The notes beneath the pieces are model-generated. The model was not told where the DNA came from, did no database searches, and was given only the letters and a program-made list of their open reading frames with translations. Of a DNA stretch of 64,000 nt, positions 54,215 to 63,682 are shown in pieces. This DNA comes from Escherichia phage Bf23. Position numbers and translations under genes: made by a program. The DNA lies in the sequence record OR083247.1. The stretch is one strand, 5' to 3'. Every line of letters begins with the position of its first letter. Within the stretch, counting starts at the first letter, position 1.

Positions 54215-54825
54215 AGACTTTCCCTCAAGGAAAGTGAAATACCAGAATAAGTACCATTGTTATTTAGGGTAGAACCGAAGGAATCTCCGTTCATTAGCTT
54301 AGTTCTAAATAAGATACCATTAAAAACTGGTTTTTCACTACCCGTAGTAGTAATAAATAGATCAGGATATAGGGAAATATTCCATACGTTTCCTGAGCTA
54401 CTAAAATTTGTTATTTTATAAACTTTAGGATGATTAGATAACTTAAATAAATCCCCAGCTTTTGGCTGCCCAGTCAAGGTTCCATTAGTATTTAGTATAA
54501 TTTGAGAACCTTTTTGACCGGCAGGTATGGTAACACTCTTAGTATCACCACGTACTCTAAATGCTTCATACTGAGGCAGGAGTACATCTAAATAATCTCC
54601 AGTTCTTTTATATTCTAAAAGCCTAGAGTCTAGAAATGCATATTCATCCGGGAAAAGTTCCGGGTATGAGATATTAATTCCCCAGTATTGAGCAGATATT
54701 TTAACCTCTTTGACTTTACCATTAGGTAATTCATCACGAATCATAGGGTCGTTATCTACTAAATTGACGCTTTCAAAACCTAACCCTGGGTACTCTGGGT
54801 TCGTGTATGGATCTGGTAGTCTCAT
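54211..54825 (-). CDS. distal tail protein (pb9-like, 204 aa)
   Basis: Size and position; strong RBS GAGGAGAAA. Confidence 0.6.
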   Translation of the reverse strand: MRLPDPYTNPEYPGLGFESVNLVDNDPMIRDELPNGKVKEVKISAQYWGINISYPELFPDEYAFLDSRLLEYKRTGDYLDVLLPQYEAFRVRGDTKSVTIPAGQKGSQIILNTNGTLTGQPKAGDLFKLSNHPKVYKITNFSSSGNVWNISLYPDLFITTTGSEKPVFNGILFRTKLMNGDSFGSTLNNNGTYSGISLSLRESL

Positions 54826-54852
54826 AGTTAATTTCTCCTCTTTAATAACAAT

Positions 54853-54881
54853 ATTATAATAGTATTGGAAAATTTTATCAA
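54853..54881 (-). promoter_or_regulatory. sigma70-like promoter (-35 TTGATA, 17-nt spacer, -10 TATAAT) upstream of the pb9-like gene
   Basis: Hexamers read on the minus strand. Confidence 0.5.
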
Positions 54882-54889
54882 GAAATTTT

Positions 54890-54930
54890 TATTTTTCCAT
54901 AAAGAAAAGGAGGACATAAAGTCCTCCTCC
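54890..54930 (-). terminator. rho-independent terminator after the tape measure gene
   Basis: Hairpin GGAGGAC-TTTAT-GTCCTCC followed by a T-rich tract on the minus strand. Confidence 0.6.
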
Positions 54931-54934
54931 AATA

Positions 54935-57900
54935 TTAAGAATTACCAAGAGATTTCAGGGTGGTTCCATTCTCATTAAGAGCCAGTTCCACGGCATCCCT
55001 GAAAGCAGTACTATTATTCGATGCAAAATCTCTGAAGCTTGCTGCATCCATAGTGCTGATATTCAGGATAATAGGTCTACCAGAAGAGGACCTTGATCCT
55101 TCGGAAAGCTGATCATTAGGCGTAGCTTTCATAGGAACCATAGGAGTAATTACCTCGGTACCATGCTCACCCATTTGATAGCTTACTCCAGGATACATCA
55201 TACCGCCTTCCGCACGTGGAACAAAGGAGTTAGCATTACCGATACCTTTATCACCACGTAGATAGGATAATTCTCCTGAGCTAGCTTGCATAGATACATC
55301 AACGTTCTTCTGTCGTTCACCTAGAGTTAAGTACTGAGTAGTATCTGCCCCAGAATCCGCAATAGAAGACATGCCAGATGCAGAAGATGCTTGAGCAAGA
55401 GCTAACGCACCTGCTAAACCTGCCGCCACCATCAAAGGAATAGAGAACGGATATGGTACAGCTGTTGCTGCTTGCATTACTGCTACTGCTGTCTGGATGA
55501 TGATCTGTTTCTTAGCTGCATCTTGCTGAATCTTCAGCTTTTCAGCTTCTAATTTTTTCAGCTTAGCTTTAGATGCCTCAGATTTGCCATCACGCTTCTG
55601 CTCTGCTGCAATAGCCTGATCAATTGCACTAACCTGCTGACTAGTACTGTATTGAATCATAGAAGCCACAGTCTGCATACCAGAAGCAATCATAGATGTA
55701 GTATCTAAAGACCCCTGGGAGAACTGAATCATAGAGTTGGTTAAATTACCCATACTCTGAGCCACCGCGGTTGCTTCAGAATTTAATTCAGATAGCTTAG
55801 AGATCGCCTGGTCATAGGAGGCCATTCTATTCTGCATATCAGCAAAATCTTTATCCTCTCCAGATAGCCCAGTTGTAGGAGTATACGTAGCTCCCACAGA
55901 AGATCCTACTTGTTGCTGCATCTGACTTTCTCTCTGCTTTCTAAGTTGCTCTAAAGCGGCAGCAGTTTTATAAATCTCATTACGATACTTAAGCTCTTCT
56001 TCTGTATTACCCTTAGATAGCTCCAGCTGTTGCTGCAGAATGGATAATCTTTCCGTAAGAATTTGGGATTGGCCAGTAACATTTCTTTGTGTTTGGCTGA
56101 CTTCTAGTGCATCCATGAGAGCTGATACATGTGAGGCAGTTGCCTGCTTTTCTGCTTCCCATAGCTCTCTACTTATCTGTGCCTGAGCACGTCTTGACTG
56201 TTCTACCTTAGCTTGACCATCCGCTTGTTTAGAGTATAACTTCGCTTTTTCCTGCTCTAACTGCAGCTCTAGTCTTAACTGCGCCAAACGATACTGAGTA
56301 CTCGTCATAGTGCGGTCATTCAGAAGAGCTATTTCTCTGTCAACACCAAGAATCTTATCAGTATAGTCTTTAACTTTCTTCTGAGCTTCCATACCCTGAT
56401 TGGTAAGTTTAAGTTTCTCTAGCTGAATTTTTTCAATTTCTTTCTCAACAGCTTTATTCCCCTGGTTTGTTTGAAGAACACGGCGTAAAGCAGCTTCTTG
56501 CTCTTCTAACTGTTGCAACTCTAAACGTCTACCAGCTTCCTGAGCTTTTTCCTTATCCTTAGTTTGATTATATACATCAGCTATCTTCTGTTGAACTGCT
56601 AACTGATTTTTAGTCTCATTACCTGTTAATTTAACATATTCAGATAGAGCTTGAGAAGCAGTTTTCATTTCAGATAGGGTATTAAACCCTAAGTTAAGAT
56701 TTTTAACATACTCATCCGCACTCTTACCAGTTCCTGCGGAGAGAGATTCTACATTTCTAATTACCTCTTCAAAAGTTGCACTAGTTTTAGCAGCGGTATC
56801 TGTACTACTAGCTATATTTTGAAAGTCATTAGCTAAATCACTAGACGTTTTCTTAGTTTGGTTATATGCTTTTTGTTGCTCTGTCAGACCTTTTAGAGCA
56901 GCAGAATTAAAGTCATATACAGCATCTGGGTCATATATATCTTTCTGTAGGTTAATCTGTTTCTGGAACTCTGGGTTAGCTTTTGTAGCAGCAGCCCCCG
57001 CGGTTTGAAATGCAGATTTCCAGGCATTGAGGTTCTCGGTAGAATCAGTAACTTCTTTATCCAAGCGTGCTACTTGTAGACCCATAGCTGCAGTTTCTGC
57101 TACAAATTGCTTATTGGCCTCCGAAGCACCTGCTGCTGCAAGACCAACAGGAATACCTTCACCAACTTGACGTATAGCTAATTTTGTATAGAAATCTGCT
57201 TGTTCCATTCGTTTATCGAACTCAGATTTTAGCTTATTACGCTTATCAAGGGATTCCCTATACATATCTAGAGCTTTATTATATCCTTCCTCAGAAGCAG
57301 CCAAACTTAAAGCAACAGCACCAACGTTGGTAGGATCTATCTGTTTATTAGTTTTTTCTTGAGCTCTAGCTGCCTCAGCAGATACAGAAGCCTGAGATAT
57401 ATAGAATACCGTATTGATGGCATCGACTACTGGCCCTAAATACTTAGCAGCAGCTTGTTGTATTGTTCTTAGTGCAGCATCTGCGTTAGCAGCAAACTGC
57501 TCCCACGGAGTAGCACGCAGAACTTCATCTAGATATCCGAATTGTTTAGTAGATTCTGCTATAGCAGCCTTAGCGTATGCCTGCTGTTTCTGGAAAGTAG
57601 TAAGACTATTAATGTTATAAGTTATACCCGTGTTAGCAGCATTTAGCTGTTTAACATAGTCAGCATAAGCATCGTTAAGACGAATAGTAATACCAAGTTC
57701 ATCCATAAGTTCGATTTCTTGTTTAGATATACCCTTAATTACACGGTTAAGTGCATCAGTCATATCAACACCAAGAACAGCAGCTGCACGACGTGCTATC
57801 AAACCAAACTGCTCCAGTTGTTCCCTGTCAAATCCATAAGCGGAGGCAGTAGATGCTTGCCTCATAGCTTCTTCAAAAGAGATTGCATAGCCAGCTGCCT

Positions 57901-58615
57901 CTTGTAGTGATCTAGCAAGGGACTGAACAGGAGTACCTGTTATGGTGCCAACAATAGTACCAAACTGTTCTAACCTGTTTAGCTGATCACCTACTTTTAG
58001 GCTCTCAAAAGCAGTCTGTAGGACGAATACGTTAGAAGCAATAGCAGCGTATAATATTGGTAAACCACCACCAACTTTAGCCATTGCAGCAAAGTCACGA
58101 GTAGCTCCGCGTGCGGAACCGGAAGTATTACCTAAAGCTCTAGAAGCCCTACCAGCAGCACCAGCAGTGTCATTAAAACCTCTAGTTGTACCGCCTAAAA
58201 CTCTATTGGTGTCATACAATCTATCTTGAACTTTCTCTGTTGCAGCTGCAACATCATTACCCATTGCTTTAACAGATCTAGAAACTCCATCAAATCCAAT
58301 TTCTAGTTTATCTGTTACTTCAATAAGTTGGATAGCCAGGTAATCTAGCTTATCACCAATACCATCAATGGATTTAGTGATGCCAGCCATACCCCTACTA
58401 GCTTGCATTTTAGTAAGACTTTTTGCTGCCCTGTCTGCTGCCCTCTCAATGGAGTATAGAGTTTTGGGCATTTTACCTAACTGTTCATTTGTCAGTTCGG
58501 AAGCAGCAGCAGCATTTTCTAATGCATCAGATACGTTTTCAATAGACTTTGCAGTACGGGTTGCCCCCTTCTGTTTAACGTCTATCAGTAATTCTCGTAT
58601 TAGCTTATCAGTCAT
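54935..58615 (-). CDS. tail tape measure protein (pb2-like, 1226 aa)
   Basis: Very long coiled-coil-rich protein with hydrophobic Ala/Gly-rich segment. Confidence 0.85.
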   Translation of the reverse strand: MTDKLIRELLIDVKQKGATRTAKSIENVSDALENAAAASELTNEQLGKMPKTLYSIERAADRAAKSLTKMQASRGMAGITKSIDGIGDKLDYLAIQLIEVTDKLEIGFDGVSRSVKAMGNDVAAATEKVQDRLYDTNRVLGGTTRGFNDTAGAAGRASRALGNTSGSARGATRDFAAMAKVGGGLPILYAAIASNVFVLQTAFESLKVGDQLNRLEQFGTIVGTITGTPVQSLARSLQEAAGYAISFEEAMRQASTASAYGFDREQLEQFGLIARRAAAVLGVDMTDALNRVIKGISKQEIELMDELGITIRLNDAYADYVKQLNAANTGITYNINSLTTFQKQQAYAKAAIAESTKQFGYLDEVLRATPWEQFAANADAALRTIQQAAAKYLGPVVDAINTVFYISQASVSAEAARAQEKTNKQIDPTNVGAVALSLAASEEGYNKALDMYRESLDKRNKLKSEFDKRMEQADFYTKLAIRQVGEGIPVGLAAAGASEANKQFVAETAAMGLQVARLDKEVTDSTENLNAWKSAFQTAGAAATKANPEFQKQINLQKDIYDPDAVYDFNSAALKGLTEQQKAYNQTKKTSSDLANDFQNIASSTDTAAKTSATFEEVIRNVESLSAGTGKSADEYVKNLNLGFNTLSEMKTASQALSEYVKLTGNETKNQLAVQQKIADVYNQTKDKEKAQEAGRRLELQQLEEQEAALRRVLQTNQGNKAVEKEIEKIQLEKLKLTNQGMEAQKKVKDYTDKILGVDREIALLNDRTMTSTQYRLAQLRLELQLEQEKAKLYSKQADGQAKVEQSRRAQAQISRELWEAEKQATASHVSALMDALEVSQTQRNVTGQSQILTERLSILQQQLELSKGNTEEELKYRNEIYKTAAALEQLRKQRESQMQQQVGSSVGATYTPTTGLSGEDKDFADMQNRMASYDQAISKLSELNSEATAVAQSMGNLTNSMIQFSQGSLDTTSMIASGMQTVASMIQYSTSQQVSAIDQAIAAEQKRDGKSEASKAKLKKLEAEKLKIQQDAAKKQIIIQTAVAVMQAATAVPYPFSIPLMVAAGLAGALALAQASSASGMSSIADSGADTTQYLTLGERQKNVDVSMQASSGELSYLRGDKGIGNANSFVPRAEGGMMYPGVSYQMGEHGTEVITPMVPMKATPNDQLSEGSRSSSGRPIILNISTMDAASFRDFASNNSTAFRDAVELALNENGTTLKSLGNS

Positions 58616-58618
58616 AAT

Positions 58619-58663
58619 TTATTTTTCCCAATAAAAAAGGCTCTGGGCAAATCACCCAGAGCC
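58619..58663 (-). repeat. conserved 22-nt element TTATTTTTCCCAATAAAAAAGG plus GC hairpin immediately upstream of the tape measure start (copy 1)
   Basis: Identical 22-mer recurs at 63624-63645. Confidence 0.6.
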
Positions 58664-58698
58664 AAGCCTCATCGTGGAACGCCCATTGGAGGAAACTT

Positions 58699-59067
58699 TT
58701 ACCGTGCGCGAGATCTAGCATGTGGCTTAACGTTAGGAATCCTTCCGTTTTGCGGTTTATGCTTCTCAGCACGTTTACGTGCAGCATCTACAGCTTTAGC
58801 ATCAAATATATTGATAATGTGTAGAACAAATTCTTTTTCTATGGGATCAGTAATCCCATAAATATCAAATAAAACACCTAAAGCAGCCTTGTCTTTACCT
58901 ATAAAAATAGGGAAGTCACCAGGTATGAAACAGTCAACTAGACTATTATAAATATTCATACTAATAGCTACAATAGGTGGAAAGTCTTCAAGTTCAACAG
59001 GCATAGCTTTAGGATCAGGCTCTATACCCATTGATTCACAAAGTATTAAATATTGTTGTTTAGTCAT
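58699..59067 (-). CDS. tail assembly chaperone, downstream part (122 aa from first ATG; frame open further upstream)
   Basis: Frame is open from 59154 and overlaps the upstream chaperone ORF by about 25 nt in the +1 frame; no SD upstream of its ATG. Confidence 0.45.
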   Translation of the reverse strand: MTKQQYLILCESMGIEPDPKAMPVELEDFPPIVAISMNIYNSLVDCFIPGDFPIFIGKDKAALGVLFDIYGITDPIEKEFVLHIINIFDAKAVDAARKRAEKHKPQNGRIPNVKPHARSRAR

Positions 59068-59128
59068 TTTAGATGCTGAGCTTTTAATACACTTATCTGC
59101 AAAATCAGCAACAGCATCTAGTAATTCT

Positions 59129-59533
59129 TTACGCTTTTGAGCTACGAAAAGTATCTAAGTGGAACACTGTCTGGTTGATCCAAGAATCAAACGCAGCAGA
59201 GTTCTGCATAAGCATTACAGCATTATCACGACTAAATGGAACTTCAGTAGCAGGATCAGCATCTGTTTCAATCAGCATGAGTTTTTCAACGTCACCTACA
59301 GTCAAACCAGTCCAACCTTTAATCGCAGCATCAACGAAAGCTTCAATGAACTTATCATCATCCTGTACCTGAATCAAAGTACCATTAACCCACTCATCAC
59401 GCTTAGCAGAGGTGATAACTCGTTTAGAAGTAGCACGAGACATATAATTAAGCTCTAGCTTAAAGTTTGGCATACCTGGGTATGCAAGAGTGACAGTACG
59501 AGTTTCTAAAGTAATATCTTTTAAGTTAATCAT
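59129..59533 (-). CDS. tail assembly chaperone (134 aa)
   Basis: Position between tail tube/p140 and the tape measure gene. Confidence 0.5.
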   Translation of the reverse strand: MINLKDITLETRTVTLAYPGMPNFKLELNYMSRATSKRVITSAKRDEWVNGTLIQVQDDDKFIEAFVDAAIKGWTGLTVGDVEKLMLIETDADPATEVPFSRDNAVMLMQNSAAFDSWINQTVFHLDTFRSSKA

Positions 59534-60429
59534 TATTTTCTTTCTCCAAAGAAGTTTATTTCTACAGGATCTGAATCAGCAGTAGGAATTACATCATACT
59601 CTACCTGATACAAATCTGAGAATTTTAGGCGTTTTGAAATACGTGCTAAAGGAAATGTTACAGAAACATATTTATTTTTAATAATTAGTGGAGTTCTTGT
59701 TTCAGGATCTAGATTCAAGAACTTATCTCCTACCAATCTCTTAACGTAATAGAAAGCTAACGTTGCAGAAGCATTCATTTCATTGACATAAGCTCGTTTA
59801 TTAGTATAAACTTTATTTATATCAAATATACTTCTATCTTCTCTCCAAGAACATTGTTGCTGGAAGGACATAGATGCTGAAACTAATGCAGGCAATGGTG
59901 CGCTATTAGTATACACAGCTGGAGGACTATATGGGAGTACTTCACCTTGTGTAATCGTATATCCATCACGGAAAGTAGATACTTCAGAGAATTTTCCAGA
60001 CTCAATACCAACATTTAGGATCGGTATACTCTTATCTAGAGAAAAGTCAACTGTTGATACATAACAGTTTTCAAAGTAAATACAGCTATTATTACGGTTA
60101 ATAATATACATATTGAACATAATAGGTTCAATATTGGGAGTATTTCTTGGCAAAAATAAAGAATTTCCCTCACGCGTGAATCCCATCCAATCAAAGAAGT
60201 TAGATTCAATAAGCGTAGTACTGAAATTTATTGCCAATGAAATAGATGAAGGATCTTGAGCATTAATAATAGAGTCTGCATAGTTTGTACGATTATGAAT
60301 AGTACGTCTAAGAGTTTTAAACTCTTGAAAAGACGTACTAGCGTCATAGTTAGAGAGGGCATCGAAATGATACCCTCTACCGTCGTACTCAATAACTATT
60401 TTAGACTCTCGCATGAGAGAATAAAACAT
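59533..60429 (-). CDS. minor tail protein (p140-like, 298 aa)
   Basis: Size and position directly downstream of the tail tube gene. Confidence 0.5.
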   Translation of the reverse strand: MFYSLMRESKIVIEYDGRGYHFDALSNYDASTSFQEFKTLRRTIHNRTNYADSIINAQDPSSISLAINFSTTLIESNFFDWMGFTREGNSLFLPRNTPNIEPIMFNMYIINRNNSCIYFENCYVSTVDFSLDKSIPILNVGIESGKFSEVSTFRDGYTITQGEVLPYSPPAVYTNSAPLPALVSASMSFQQQCSWREDRSIFDINKVYTNKRAYVNEMNASATLAFYYVKRLVGDKFLNLDPETRTPLIIKNKYVSVTFPLARISKRLKFSDLYQVEYDVIPTADSDPVEINFFGERK

Positions 60430-60433
60430 TTAA

Positions 60434-61828
60434 TTAACCACCTGCTGTTACAGTAATAACTTTAGTGCCTTTAACACCAGAGCCATCTTTAGCCGTAGCT
60501 TCAACAGTTACCGCACCTGTTTTACTAGCATCTGCTGTTAACAGTCCTGTTGCATTGATAGTAGCTGCATCACCGGCAGTGATAGCCCAAGTAACTTCCT
60601 TATTCTTTGCGGAAGAAGGAGTAACTTCAACACTCATCTGAAGAGTAGCTGATCTATTTAATGTAGCAACATTTCCAGCAGACTTAACAGTAATTGCGGT
60701 TACAGCTTCAGAAGCACCGTCACCATTAACAATTAGATTATTAATAGTTGTTCTAGTATACTTACTAGAGAAGCCTAAGTAACCTTCGTCACCAGCATCC
60801 AGATCTGACGGAATAGCCTTAAATTCTACTGAAGTACCAAGCACATCATCAGTCTCAATAGTAGGAATATTAACGTGCGCCTGTTTAGCTACCAGAATGG
60901 CAGCAGGACGTTCCTCGTCATATTCGCCACCAAGTACTAGAGCAATTTCGAAGCGGTTAACTACCTTCAGAGTTTTGATAAGATCTTTATATAGTTCCAT
61001 AGAACCAAGAGATTTATCATTCAGGTAAGCAGTTAATGAACCAGTTAACTCAAAAGCACCAGTAAATGAGCCGATCGGAATAGTAACACGAGACATTACG
61101 TTAGGTGTTAGGTAAGTAATGTTGTTGTTAATAGTAAAAGTACCACCGGTAATCGGTATATCATAAGACTTATCGGTATCCATGTCCTTGATCTTCAAGA
61201 TCGTTAGTTTGTTCTTAATGTAAGAACCCTGGATAGTCATATAAGTTTCGTCATCAATACCTATTTGATCTGGATCAAATGGTTGCTCATCCAGTGGGAT
61301 TAGCTGGTTACCATTACCAGACCAAGTTACACGACCAATATCTTCAATATCAACGTTAACTTCTGCCTGATTAATCTGACAGGAATCGATATAACTCCAT
61401 GTTTTATCAGTCAGAATGTAAATATGTAACATTGCTAACTCATGATAGGAGTTATCTTTAAAGTTAACCATGAAGTTAGTAGCATTATTATGTGCTCCAG
61501 TAGTTCCTTCAAGATTAATAGCTCTACCACTAGAAAGTGCATGCCATAACATATAGTCAGGAACAATTTGTTTGCTAGTAGTTTTATCTTTATACGGCAG
61601 GATGTAAGTAGAGAAACTCCACTCAGCTGCGTTTAAAGAGTCGTTAAAACGTTTAGAACCACGAGTTGGACGCGGACCAGCTTCATTAACAGTAATATCT
61701 GTTGAGTTACTGTCCTGACCCCAAGAAATATCATCCTGAACTAGAATCTCTTGCGTGTTGGTCTTATTGTGACCAGTCTTAACCGTAGACACGAAGATTC
61801 GAGTATTACGTAATAGTTGTAAAGACAT
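60434..61828 (-). CDS. major tail tube protein (pb6-like, 464 aa) with C-terminal Ig-like domain
   Basis: Length matches pb6 as I recall it; C-terminal region resembles bacterial Ig-like decoration domains. Confidence 0.75.
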   Translation of the reverse strand: MSLQLLRNTRIFVSTVKTGHNKTNTQEILVQDDISWGQDSNSTDITVNEAGPRPTRGSKRFNDSLNAAEWSFSTYILPYKDKTTSKQIVPDYMLWHALSSGRAINLEGTTGAHNNATNFMVNFKDNSYHELAMLHIYILTDKTWSYIDSCQINQAEVNVDIEDIGRVTWSGNGNQLIPLDEQPFDPDQIGIDDETYMTIQGSYIKNKLTILKIKDMDTDKSYDIPITGGTFTINNNITYLTPNVMSRVTIPIGSFTGAFELTGSLTAYLNDKSLGSMELYKDLIKTLKVVNRFEIALVLGGEYDEERPAAILVAKQAHVNIPTIETDDVLGTSVEFKAIPSDLDAGDEGYLGFSSKYTRTTINNLIVNGDGASEAVTAITVKSAGNVATLNRSATLQMSVEVTPSSAKNKEVTWAITAGDAATINATGLLTADASKTGAVTVEATAKDGSGVKGTKVITVTAGG

Positions 61829-61854
61829 TTAATTATTTTCTCCTAATCTGTAAC

Positions 61855-62340
61855 TTATCTGCGAAGTGACCTACGTGGAGGCTGATACCTCACTGTTACA
61901 TTTATTTCTGCTAAACCATATGGGGCCAGTAGACCCTCATCTGTACTAACTGATGTAATGATCATATCAGTTGCCTCACATGGGAAGGTCGATCCATTAG
62001 GTTTACTAACAGTATATTCTAAATTTCCACCTGTGTCAATAACGGTTTTTATATCCGCTACGAGTTTTTCAAGTTGCTCTTGAATGTCTGTTTTCTCTTT
62101 ATCGTACACCAGGATTGGAAGTTCTAAAAACATCCACTGTTGGCCTGAAGGAAGATACTGCCCAGTTTCAGTTCCGATATGAACTGCTACATAAGGAAAC
62201 TCTCGTATTTCCTCAAATTTATAAGTTTGACGAGAAACGTTTCCATATAGGTTATTAAAATATTCGTCAGGTTGAGAACCATCCATTTGTTTAGAGATTC
62301 GGTCAACCATAGCTTGTGCAATACTTGTTCTATGGTCCAT
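61855..62340 (-). CDS. tail terminator/completion protein (161 aa)
   Basis: Position immediately upstream of the tail tube gene. Confidence 0.45.
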   Translation of the reverse strand: MDHRTSIAQAMVDRISKQMDGSQPDEYFNNLYGNVSRQTYKFEEIREFPYVAVHIGTETGQYLPSGQQWMFLELPILVYDKEKTDIQEQLEKLVADIKTVIDTGGNLEYTVSKPNGSTFPCEATDMIITSVSTDEGLLAPYGLAEINVTVRYQPPRRSLRR

Positions 62341-62343
62341 TTA

Positions 62344-63111
62344 TTAGGTTCCTTGATTAACCTTAATTTTATATCTGGAGTGAATCAGGTCTCTTGCAGC
62401 TTTTGCTATAGCCTCACCAATAAGTTTTTGTGGGTTTCTAGCGCCAGGATAAGGTCGTAGAGATAATCTTCTATATGTAGATACTGCTGGGTTGAATACA
62501 GAATATGGACGAGTCATATAATTATATGTTACGTTTAATTCAGGAGAGCCTTTACTAATTTCAGAATCACGAAGCATAACATCTTTAATTTTTAAAGAGT
62601 TTGCAAAGCGACCAGTTCTAAATTTTAACGGTGCTCCAGCTTTTTTCATATCCTTTATTAAGTATTCTTTAGCAACTATCTCTAATATAATTTTCATATT
62701 GCTGTTAGACACGAAACGTCCAGAAGCACCTGTTACTGCACCAGAATATCCATCTTCAACATCACTAGGATCACCAAAGTTTACCTGCACTCTACCAGTA
62801 GAACGTTTTTTACCTACTGAGGATTTTTTACCAGCGGTTGCTTGTATTAGGCTCTCCAGAGCACCTAAATCTCCAGAAAGATCTAAACTAGAGGATATAG
62901 CCTTTAATATAGAAGCTGTTCTAATGTTAAGGAGATCTTGTGATACAGGTTTTGAAAACTTAAAAGATACTTGAGCAACAGTACCATCTCTAGTAGGATC
63001 TTTTAATCCTGTTTCAACAGAGTATACAACAGTATTCTTATTGTTCTCAGATCGGCTTGCAGTATCTAGCTGCTCTTTAATAATTTGTCTAGCTAGATCA
63101 GAAAGAGACAT
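62344..63111 (-). CDS. head-tail joining / tail completion protein (255 aa)
   Basis: Position in the neck module. Confidence 0.4.
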   Translation of the reverse strand: MSLSDLARQIIKEQLDTASRSENNKNTVVYSVETGLKDPTRDGTVAQVSFKFSKPVSQDLLNIRTASILKAISSSLDLSGDLGALESLIQATAGKKSSVGKKRSTGRVQVNFGDPSDVEDGYSGAVTGASGRFVSNSNMKIILEIVAKEYLIKDMKKAGAPLKFRTGRFANSLKIKDVMLRDSEISKGSPELNVTYNYMTRPYSVFNPAVSTYRRLSLRPYPGARNPQKLIGEAIAKAARDLIHSRYKIKVNQGT

Positions 63112-63623
63112 TATACTCTCCTATATACTTCAATAATAGTACGAATATGCTCTGGAATACCAGATTTAGTATTATTGAATGTTACTGTTTCACCACCAAT
63201 TGTTTTAGCTTGGCGATAATCTTGTTTGTGCCAATGATCTACTAGCATACATGCTGCAAGTTTGAGATCTTCAGGCATTGGATTAAATCCACCTTGTGTA
63301 TATTCTACGTCCATATAACCTTCCGGAGGGTTAAATTTAAGAAGTATAACCCCATCAGAATACAGCTTATACTGTTCGGGATCTATCTCCTTATCATTAA
63401 TAGTCATTTTGGTTACTGAAGTAGCTGAGGGAGAACTTAAAAAGTATTTTTTTCGAGCAGGTTTTGTATTGATTAACTGGTCTACCGCATCAGCATCATC
63501 CATACCTAAAAGGCTAGTAATCAGCGCATTGGCAGCAGTAATCATCACCTCTACTCCAGATTCTAGTTCCGGTCGTTTTAACCCGCCGTATAATCTATAG
63601 TCTTCAGCTGTGATTATTTGCAT
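63111..63623 (-). CDS. head completion / adaptor protein (170 aa)
   Basis: Position in the neck module; preceded by the conserved 22-nt element. Confidence 0.45.
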   Translation of the reverse strand: MQIITAEDYRLYGGLKRPELESGVEVMITAANALITSLLGMDDADAVDQLINTKPARKKYFLSSPSATSVTKMTINDKEIDPEQYKLYSDGVILLKFNPPEGYMDVEYTQGGFNPMPEDLKLAACMLVDHWHKQDYRQAKTIGGETVTFNNTKSGIPEHIRTIIEVYRRV

Positions 63624-63668
63624 TTATTTTTCCCAATAAAAAAGGAGAGCCGAAGCTCTCCTTATCGG
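63624..63668 (-). repeat. conserved 22-nt element TTATTTTTCCCAATAAAAAAGG plus GC hairpin (copy 2); terminator of the upstream structural gene
   Basis: Identical 22-mer to 58619-58640; hairpin AAGGAGAGC-CGAA-GCTCTCCTT. Confidence 0.6.
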
Positions 63669-63682
63669 CTGAAAAGCCTGTA

